Shown: positions 1-9,200 of the stretch, piece after piece
Layout of the letters: each line of letters opens with the position of its first letter
Position numbering within the stretch: the first letter of the stretch is position 1
Origin: a bacterium
GTDB lineage: Bacteria > Hinthialibacterota > Hinthialibacteria > Hinthialibacterales > Hinthialibacteraceae
Length of the DNA: 64,000 nt
Direction: 5' to 3'
Assembly: GCA_963662285.2 (NCBI GenBank)
Contig: CAXXMV010000008.1
Location: 672,001-736,000 of the forward strand
The notes under the pieces: model-generated
What the model was told of the DNA's origin: nothing
The model's database searches: none
The model's input: the letters and a program-made list of their open reading frames with translations, nothing else
Program-made: the position numbers and the translations under genes

Positions 1-513
1 ATCGTTCTCGATCATAAATTCGACCCTAGATCCTGTCGTCATACAATCAATGGAGAATTGCATGTTCTTCATTGCCACCATTACGCCACTCTGTATACTC
101 GGTTAGCTGATGACTGTGGGATGTTGGATGGAAAAAAACTGTTGGTGGATGTAGCAGAGGATTGTTTCTACGAACTGCTAACAAAATACTATGCCGCACA
201 CAACATCGAATCCATCGATGATCGTTTCTCAATCGCAGAGCAGTACTATGCGGCGGCGGGCTTAGGGCAAATGGAAGTCCTCTGCGCGGGTACTGAGTCC
301 GGCGAAGTGAAATTGCTGCACTCCCACCTGGATGAAGGCTGGATCAACAAATGGGAGAAACGGGACACGCCGGTCAATTTCATGACCTGCGGCTATATCG
401 CAGCCATTTTCTCGGCAGCGTTCGACCGTCCCACCCGTACATTCAGCGTACTAGAAAAAGAGAGCATCATCTCTGGCGCGGAACATTCGCTCTTCGATAT
501 CGTTGCCAAATAA
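1..513 (+). CDS. V4R-like (4-vinyl reductase/4VR) domain protein, 5'-truncated by the window edge
   Basis: Frame 1 is open from base 1 (IVLDHKFDPRSCRHTINGELHVLHCHHY...), upstream of the track's start at 58. V4R-like features: GLG helix-strand junction, PVNFMTCGYIAAIF, and E-x-x-S-I-I-S-G-A-E-H-S-x-F where the E..C...G...C.F motif usually lies. Confidence 0.65.
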   Translation: MVLDHKFDPRSCRHTINGELHVLHCHHYATLYTRLADDCGMLDGKKLLVDVAEDCFYELLTKYYAAHNIESIDDRFSIAEQYYAAAGLGQMEVLCAGTESGEVKLLHSHLDEGWINKWEKRDTPVNFMTCGYIAAIFSAAFDRPTRTFSVLEKESIISGAEHSLFDIVAK

Positions 514-531
514 CTGAAAGGAGGCCTTATA

Positions 532-1143
532 ATGGCTATTGATCGCAAAAAAATCATTCAAAATATGTCTAAAATTGAAATTCTGGGCAATGAAGAAGGG
601 TTGATTCCCGGCTTCAATGTGTTTGTCACCCAGCTGCCAGCCTCTTTCTGGAATGGCTTTGCGGAGAGGTTAACCCGGCAGGTAGGATCAGAACTATTAG
701 AATCAGCAGAATGGCTGCTGGTTAACGCCGCCCATGAATGCGGATACCACACAGGCTATGGCATCATCACCTCGGAAGAATGGAAAGCCGTTGTCGCCCC
801 CATGATTGAAAACGCTCCCGAAGATATTCTTCACGGCGCGTTTGCTGTCTTTACAGCGTGGGGATGGGCCAATAGTGAAATAGTCGAACTAATTCCCAAC
901 GAGAAAATGGTCGTCCGCGCATATAATTATTACGAATCGGACGTCGTTGGATATGGCAAATCTACAAAACCAAGCGCATACATGATTCGCGGCGTAAGCG
1001 CCGCTTTTATGGATCTCGGTTATGGCGGTGAATACGACAAGACGGGTAAAACCGGCCTGCGTACGTTTTCATGCGAACAAACCAAGGGAATTGAATGCGG
1101 CGACGGTTATGGAGAATTTGTCGTTACCAAAAGCAATCACTAA
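532..1143 (+). CDS. V4R-like domain protein
   Basis: SD GAAAGGAGG upstream. Motifs AWGWA, YMIRGVSAAFMDL and C-terminal CEQTKGIECGDGYGEF resemble the V4R fold. Confidence 0.65.
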   Translation: MAIDRKKIIQNMSKIEILGNEEGLIPGFNVFVTQLPASFWNGFAERLTRQVGSELLESAEWLLVNAAHECGYHTGYGIITSEEWKAVVAPMIENAPEDILHGAFAVFTAWGWANSEIVELIPNEKMVVRAYNYYESDVVGYGKSTKPSAYMIRGVSAAFMDLGYGGEYDKTGKTGLRTFSCEQTKGIECGDGYGEFVVTKSNH

Positions 1144-1155
1144 GTTATATTCATC

Positions 1156-1193
1156 CTGATAGACCGGCGCCAAACCGGTCTATCAGATCTTTT
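1156..1193 (+). terminator. Rho-independent terminator
   Basis: Perfect 12-bp stem CTGATAGACCGG / CCGGTCTATCAG with a 7-nt loop, followed by ATCTTTT, 12 nt after the stop at 1143. Confidence 0.7.
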
Positions 1194-1419
1194 AGCGCGA
1201 TTCTCAATATAACGCGAGTTAATGCGGTTGTTCTAAATCCCCAAAAGATGGGACCTTTTACAAATCCAGCGTTTTTAATACGCATATAGTTTTGTTAACC
1301 GCTATAATTCGCGTTTGAATACGATATAGTCTTGTTATAAACCAAAGCGTATTTATAGCCGTTCTTGATTAACTGTAACACAAAAAAAATAAATAATAAT
1401 CTGCCTAGGAGTAAACGAC

Positions 1420-2790
1420 ATGAATTGTAAAAATACAAGTTTCTCCATAAAACTACTGACAATATTACTGATTTTTTTATTCCTTCAATGTATGCTTTTC
1501 TGGAACACAAATCGGGGAATGAGACAAATCACTCAACATGATTCGGCTAGCCTGCTGGCGGATTTTGATAAACTGCAATCTGAAATCAACCAATCACTCG
1601 GGAAGCTGAGTGTTGAAAATACACCCCAGGAACAAACAACTACGCCTGGTGACGCCATATCCATTGTACATTCTATTCAGGCATCTATTAGCAATTTTCA
1701 ATCTGCTTTAAGCGGTGTGGTGGATAATACTGAAGTTGCATCGATTGCAAAAAAAACAAACCAATACAATATTTATCTACTGATTTTATCCATTCTTTTC
1801 TTGATAGCAGTTATGATGACTTTTTCGAAACGAATTTCTAAATCGTTATCTTCTCTCAAACTATTCACACAAAAACTTGTCGAAGGTGATTTAGAGCATG
1901 AAAACCAGACCGGGGGAGAAAACGAACTGGGAATGATTTCTTCGGCCATCAATACTCTACGCCTGAAGATATACAACACCATGAACGATATTCAGGAAGC
2001 ATCCGATCAAGTGGCCGCCAGCGCGGGAGAACTGTCATCTTCAGCTCAAAACCTGGCGCAATGCGCAAGCGTCCAAACTTCAAAACTGGGTGAAACAATG
2101 ACGTCAGTTAATGAACTTACATCATCAATCGAACAAAACGCTGATTATGCGCAGAAAACCACTGAAGCCACTATGATAGCGGCTATGGAATCAGAAGAAG
2201 GTGGCAGTTCCGTTCTCGATATCGTAAAAGCCATGAATAACATCGCCGATAAAACATCCATTATTAACGATATTGCCGACCAAACTAATTTACTGGCGCT
2301 TAACGCCGCGATTGAAGCGGCCCGTGCGGGTGAATCGGGGAAAGGTTTTGCCGTTGTTGCTGTCGAAGTTCGTAAACTGGCTGAACGCAGCCAGGAAGCC
2401 GCCAAAGAGATCACTCAATTATCGAATTCCAGCGTACAACAAGCCAAAGCAATCGGCAACTACCTGATCGATAAAGTGGTTCCTGGAATTCAAAAAGCCT
2501 CTGAAATGGTACAGGAAATTTCTGAAACCTGCACGAAACAATCCTCCAACGCCGATCAGGTCAAAGATTTGATTAGTCAACTCGATCAGATTACCCAGCA
2601 AAATTCAGCCACAAGCGAGGAAACCGCTGCTTCCAGCGAAGAACTGGCGGCTCAAGCCAGTAATCTTCAGCAAATTGTTAAATCATTTAAATCTGTCGAT
2701 AGTCAGGAATCTATGAACCAGCCGGAGTCGGATTGGATTAATCCCTCTAACATAAAACATAACATGATTGATTATACAACTCTTACCTGA
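1420..2790 (+). CDS. Methyl-accepting chemotaxis protein (2 TM, HAMP, signalling domain)
   Basis: Two hydrophobic segments; hairpin-tip motif [40 protein letters not shown]; methylation-like [17 protein letters not shown]; SD AGGAG. Confidence 0.95.
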   Translation: MNCKNTSFSIKLLTILLIFLFLQCMLFWNTNRGMRQITQHDSASLLADFDKLQSEINQSLGKLSVENTPQEQTTTPGDAISIVHSIQASISNFQSALSGVVDNTEVASIAKKTNQYNIYLLILSILFLIAVMMTFSKRISKSLSSLKLFTQKLVEGDLEHENQTGGENELGMISSAINTLRLKIYNTMNDIQEASDQVAASAGELSSSAQNLAQCASVQTSKLGETMTSVNELTSSIEQNADYAQKTTEATMIAAMESEEGGSSVLDIVKAMNNIADKTSIINDIADQTNLLALNAAIEAARAGESGKGFAVVAVEVRKLAERSQEAAKEITQLSNSSVQQAKAIGNYLIDKVVPGIQKASEMVQEISETCTKQSSNADQVKDLISQLDQITQQNSATSEETAASSEELAAQASNLQQIVKSFKSVDSQESMNQPESDWINPSNIKHNMIDYTTLT

Positions 2791-2837
2791 TAATTTTGGC
2801 TTGCTTATTTTTGGTGATATTGATTGTGTAACCTTTC

Positions 2838-3003
2838 TGGAAGCAGGTGATATTATTCCACGAAGAGGATGAAGCGACCTATATCGAGTTGATGCCGCAA
2901 TTGCGCGCGATGTGTTCTGTGAGAACCAGGCTGGTGGGAAAATCTGAAGACTGGCCTTAGAGCAGCACCCGCGCGCAATTGGAGCAAACCGACGAACTGT
3001 TAA
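2838..3003 (+). pseudogene. Degenerate remnant of a REP-associated/Y1 tyrosine transposase (RAYT-like)
   Basis: Manual translation WKQVILFHEEDEATYIELM...SVRTRLVGKSEDWP*SSTRAQL resembles the RAYT N-terminal (RQxxFxxxEDYxxYLxLL) and C-terminal (PVRAGLVxxxEDWPWSSARAH) motifs joined by a deletion, with an internal TAG. Confidence 0.4.
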
Positions 3004-3259
3004 CTCAATCCTCTATTTTTCTGATTGGTATAATAATACTATTTCTTCAAAATCAATTTCACAACTTGGTTTTATTCTTCGAAATTGGGGGAATTGGACT
3101 GATCAGACATAGTATCCCTCATGAGTGCTTTATATTTAACACCGATTTTCTCGCATCCCTGAACCTTAAGAATTGTACCATAGAAAAATGGGTGTTTTTT
3201 AAGTATAGGAAATATTGCTTCCATCCGTTTTGCTCCCAACTAAAAAACAGGTAAACAGT

Positions 3260-6200
3260 TTAATTAAACAACATCCATTGATTTACTTTCGTCTCCGGCG
3301 CCCAGACAGTTAATATCCCGTCTAAATGGTAAATAGGTATTTCATTCAAACCAATGTCATATGCATTAGAATTCTTAAATTCAATTGGATATTCTCCTTG
3401 CTGTGCATTTTGATCCACTTGGAACGCCAGTTGCATTACGTTGCCATTGCCGGTGAAACCTTCCGCGCGAATCCAGTTAAAGCGAACGAGATCGAGATCC
3501 GATGGATAGTGTAATGGATTGTGAGCATAGAGACCGTCTTGCGTAACGGCTCCCATAGGCAGTTCGATTAATTGTAAAATTCCATCGTCGTAATTGATAT
3601 CAAACTCCAGATTGCCCAGATTCTCCGCGTCCAACAGGTCTACGGACAACACAATCGTTTCTCCGGGTTTGGTTTCTCCGGATTGGATGGAAAGCGATGC
3701 GCCACCCTCTAGTTGATATATCTGATTTCCTTTACCGACAGCAAGAACTTTGGCCGCTGTTTGAGGCAGGAGTTCCGGTCCAGAATCGGGCTGAGTGCTG
3801 TCTCCATCCGAATCGGTTAACCTGATAACGTTCAGGCTTGCGAGGTCAATTATATACAGTTCCATTCCATCATCCCTATCAGAACTGAACAGAATACGGT
3901 TTCCTCTCTCATGCCAAACGGGATCAGTGTTAATAGCCGGAGAATCGGTTAACTGTTTGAGGTTTTGCCCATCTGCATCCATGACGAAAATATCTTCATT
4001 TCCACTGCGGGATGAAACAAACGCGATTTGTTTTCCATCCGGTGACCAGGACGGTTTGGTGTTGATGCCCTCTCCTTGGGTTAAGCGGATTGGATTACTA
4101 CCGTCAACGTCCATGATCCAAATATCCATCGAACCTTCACGGTCTGAAGCGAACGCGATTTTGCTTTGATCCGGGGATGCGGCGGGATAGCGCTCTGTGG
4201 AATCTGTGTTTGTCAGGCGGGTTGCGGATGAGGCTTTCAAGAACGCTTTGAACAACAAAATGTTGTAGCCTTTGATCCATTCAACCTTGTCGAAATGCCA
4301 GGTGCGCTTTTTCGATCCGGTAATGACAAGACCCGGGGCGGGTTTGCTATCCGAGAGGAAATACAACGCGACAACGAAATCGGCGGGGACGGAAACTTCT
4401 TCGATATCAAAATAGTTCCAGCCGATCTCCGTGGGTGTTGCGGCGCCTTCGGCCAGTACGGTTTCGCCGGGTTTGCCGCCATCCCAATTTAGAATTTTCC
4501 AGCCGAACTCAGCAAGCCCTCCCACGATATAAAATCCGAGCCGATTTAATTTTCCCGGAGCCGGGGCGGTGAATTGCTGACCGATTGCTTCATCTTTGGC
4601 GGCGAAATCATAACCATAATCGGGTTCCTGGTCAGAATAGGAGATTTCCCCTCCGCCACTGCCGCTAATCATGGCGGCGGGTTGCGTATATATTTCCGGA
4701 TTTCCATCCCGTTCGGAAATATAAATGACACTGTTTCCTATCCAGTTGGGGTCGTAATCCGGGCTTGGGTTGTCCGTTATTTGCTGAGGATTGGAACCAT
4801 TGTTATTCATCAACCACAGATCGGAATTGCCACTGCGTTCGGAAACAAATAGGACCTGGCTGCCGGTCGATGAAAAGCGGGGGCTGTAATCATCTGCGGC
4901 ATCTTTGGTTAACTGGATATGTTCTGACAAGGTTGGATCTTTCAGATAGATATCCTTGTTTGATTCATTACTGTGTGTATAGACATACGAATCCTGTTCA
5001 CCGGTATCGTCAAGCAGTTCCATCAAGCCGAATTCAGACATATTATGTTCCGGATCGATAGCGATGGCGTTGAGTTTGTATCCCGAGGGGATATCTCCAT
5101 ACACAACAAATTCATTTCCAAGAAGACGGCTGCTTCCTACAAAATACCTCCCCTGGTTTCCTCTATCCGCAAAGACTTGAATGATACTGTCCGCTGGCGC
5201 CATGCAGATACCGCTGATCATTCCTTTTGCAGTATCGATTTTCTTCACGGTGGGCGAAGCGACTTTCTTTGCGTCCTCCGAAATGTTAATTCCAGATTCT
5301 TCGTTCTGATAAATACTGTTATTGGATATCCGGTTACCGAGCGTACTTCCCCCTTCAATACGAATTGCGTGCTTCCCATTTCGGCTTATAACATTGTCTA
5401 CAATTTCGTTTCGATTGGCGCCGTCCCGCAATAGGATTCCGTAAGATCGGTTTGCATTGATCGTGTTTTTCGTGATTTTTGCATTGCGTATATTCTTTTG
5501 CAGAACAATGCCTATTTCGTTTCCATTGGAGGTTTCGTTTGAATCTGTATAATCCCCGATCAAATTGCCTACAATTTCAACTCGAGTATCGGCGCCTTCC
5601 GCGAGAATCCCTTCATCCGTATTGAAGGTAAAATTGTTTCCTTCCCCACGCTCGGGGCTGCCGATAACAACATTTTTTCCACCAGTGACATGAACGGCGG
5701 TCGCGCCTTGTTGACCACTGATGGCATTCGCCGTTATCTGGACGTTATTGGTCTCATAGCCTTGAATCAGAATGGCTGGATAGTCTTCTCCGCAGAAATA
5801 GCCGCCTCGATTGTTCTTTCCAATATAAATATTTTTGGAATTATTCATTTGCACCGCATGAAGTCCATTCCCATAAACGAACAATCCTTCCGCGTGATCG
5901 ATTCCATAGAGCCAGAAATTTGTGCACTCATCCAGAGAGAAACCGTTTAATGCATTTTCAAGCGCCTCGCCGGAATAAAATGTTGTATCCAGCGATCCCT
6001 CTCCAACAAAAAGACCGTTCCCTTGATTTTGGTAGTGACGCATATTGTTCATGATTGTGTTGTATGAGTTGATGATGTGGATGCCGTCACCAGTGTTGTT
6101 CGGTCCGATTTGCATGCTGTTCATAGTTGTATGTTCGCAGGAATCGATAAGAATGCCATGCCCTTGATTGGATTGGGACGTCCCCATCATACCGGACATC

Positions 6201-9200
6201 TCAACGTTGCTGGTATTTTTAAATACCATACCATTACTAAGATTATGTGATGTGATGATCGTATTGAGTTCGAATTGATTTCCCCCTTCAATCATCAAAC
6301 CACAGTCTTTGGATTGAAGGATTTCCAAGTCGTAAATGGAAATATGATTTGAGTTTTCTCCACTGATAACTAGCCCTTTATCATGATAGGCCACGTCGCA
6401 ATCGGTAAATGAAAGTTGGCTGGAATCTTCAATTTGGATTCCATTCCCGAATGTTTCGGTAAACGGTTGCGTATGTACTTGATCGCCGTCACTGGTATAC
6501 CCAACGGAAAGGTATTTGACGGTTAATGATTTTTCCTCTGAAAGCGTCCCTTTAATTCCATTTACTAGAAGACCGCCCAACTCGTTGACTCCCAATACAA
6601 CGTCTTTAATAACCGTTCCAAACGCGCCGTCTTGAACGGCAATTCCCCATCCTTTATTGGGATATGGAGGTCCTTCGTTTATGACATTAATTTGGGAGCC
6701 AATTCGAGTTTTGGTCAATCCCCCGCTCGATAGTATTTCATTATAATCGGTCTTTGCGCCGGAAATGGTAATACCATTCCCCTGGCTTTGGCCGATATAA
6801 ACATCGATAAGTTTGTTTTGATTAGCGCCGTTATCGATGCGAATGCCATCTCCCTTGTTGCCGTAGGATTTATCTTCAAGATATTCACCACCATTATACG
6901 AAGGACCAAAATGACTGTCACGAATTACATTAGAATGAGTATTTTCTCCCTCAATATAAATCGCATGGTTTCCATTATCGTAAAACTCACAATCATCAAC
7001 GATGTTGTTGTTTGCGCCATTGCGAATATGAAGGCCGTATTCTTGATTGCCTAATACATCATAAGCGCCTGTTTCCCAATTTACATATTTACCAAAACTT
7101 GAATATTTCAGCGTATTAGAATGAGTATTTTCTCCTTCTAAAATCATCCCGGTGACATTCCCGAAGAGGATAGTCATAAAAATATTACCGACGCAATAGT
7201 CATCAACATAAATACCCGCTTCATTGGCGGTATATGCTCCCCGCATTTCATTTAGTTCAGAATTGCGCAGCATCAAGCCATATTTGCACTCTGATATAGC
7301 GCCTACTGTATTAATTGAATTTCCAATACTGGAAATTAGTTCAATACCCGTATCACAGTTCGCTGCTTCGCACAAGAGTTCGTTATTTTGGGTTGATTCA
7401 AGAATAACGCCAGTTTGTGTAATCGAACCCGAATCAACAATTCTAAGGTCTAGGACATTCCCATGTCCTTCAACAACGTTCATTCCATAGTCTGGACAAT
7501 TGTCGATATGTATGTACAGAGTATTCTCCTGGCTATTTTCCAATCGAACACCGTAAGTTTGAGAATCTGAAATCAATGCCCTTACTGTATTTCCCCCGCC
7601 GCCTCTGATTAATAATCCTCCATTAGCAGGATTTTCAATGGTAATATTTTCAAATAAATTACCGAGACTGTTTTCAATGAGGATTGGTTCGTTTAAGTTA
7701 TTAAATGTACCCGCTTTTATAATGACGTTATTTTTGTCGAGTGTTATTTGAGAGGACGAGGTCACGTTTTCAAACGTATACGTGCAATTATCCTCAAATG
7801 TAATGGAGTTCATGGATAAATCGGCGCCCTTCATATCCAAAACGTCGCCCTGGCCAATATGAAGATTCCCAATCTGAAACGTTCCTTTTTCATCAGAGTT
7901 GGGAGAAATTAATTCAAAATTATCTTCCCCGTTATAGGCGTCTCGATCAAAATATTCTCCTGTCACAAAAACATAATCCGCTTTTTCCGGTAAATCACTG
8001 GCACTCGATGGATTTTCTTCACCCAGTTCCGGACCATCAAGACTTTCAGTAAATTGAAAAGATAATGAATCGTCAACATTTTTTGTATAACAATACCGAA
8101 CTTCTTTCTCGTGCGGATATTTATTGGGAGGTAATTTTTTTGAACTGATTATTCTATAACCTAGCGGACTATCATTATATTCAATTATGGATTCTAGGTT
8201 ATCATCATCGATGGGAATCAAATTTAGTTCTCCACGAGAAAACTGGGCCGCTTCGCTTAACGAAACCTGATAGGATTCAGGATTTGGAAAAATATAAACC
8301 GTCACCGTCGCCGCATTTGTTTGTGGGGGAGTAAACTCAATCCCAGGGCCACGTTTGATTGGCCATTCCCCGGACGGGCCGGAGGGATTCCATATCACAA
8401 GCGTCAAAACTTCGCTTTCATCACCCACCGGCATACCAAACCGGATTCCGGTTTCGCTAATCCGTTCGGAATCTATAAATACATCATCTAAAAGGCATAT
8501 AGCTTCTTGAAAGTTCTTCCCTTTGATCGTTACATATTCACCGCTTTTTGCCTCCGTCTGGTTATCCGCATCAATAACCGGCTTAGCAATAACGGTAAAC
8601 GGAATGGGTTCCGTTGTTTTCCATTCGTTTTCAATGGATAACTCTCCGGGATTTTTTAGATATAATTCCGTCTCTCCAGGTTTTAATCCTGGGGGAACCC
8701 GAACGATGAGTTTTGAATCGCTACGTTCAATTATTGTTCCCAAAGATTCACCGTCTCCATCTTTGAAATATACATACTCGTCAGACGCATCCAGCAAGAG
8801 ATTGATCCCCTCAATCGTCACCAAGGTTCCTTCAAAATCGGGAAATACTTCGTTATCCACTTTGGAGAAAACGTGATCTGGCAACGCGCTCCAAATTTTG
8901 GGGGTCGGCAAATAGGTGAAATCGCCTGAATAACTCCTATAATTTCTGTTCACATCGCCTGAATCGCCCGAACTGGCAGGCGTTCGCACGACGAATTTAT
9001 ACTTTGCCGTCGGATCGAGTCCCGAAGGAATCTTGACCTTTAACTGCTTCTCGGTTGCTTCAACAATCTCCAGTTTCGTCGCCAAATCCAAATCATGCTT
9101 GAAATCGACGTACCCCTTAGTTGATATATAGACGTTTGTCTCCGTGGTATGGAAGCGCTTACCTGTAATGGTGACGATGCTGTCCTGATAGGCCGATTCG

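Noticed and set aside
2979-3254. 91-aa plus-strand ORF between the MCP and the giant protein
   Set aside because: TTG start inside the transposase-like remnant, running into AT-rich intergenic sequence, with no SD or family features.
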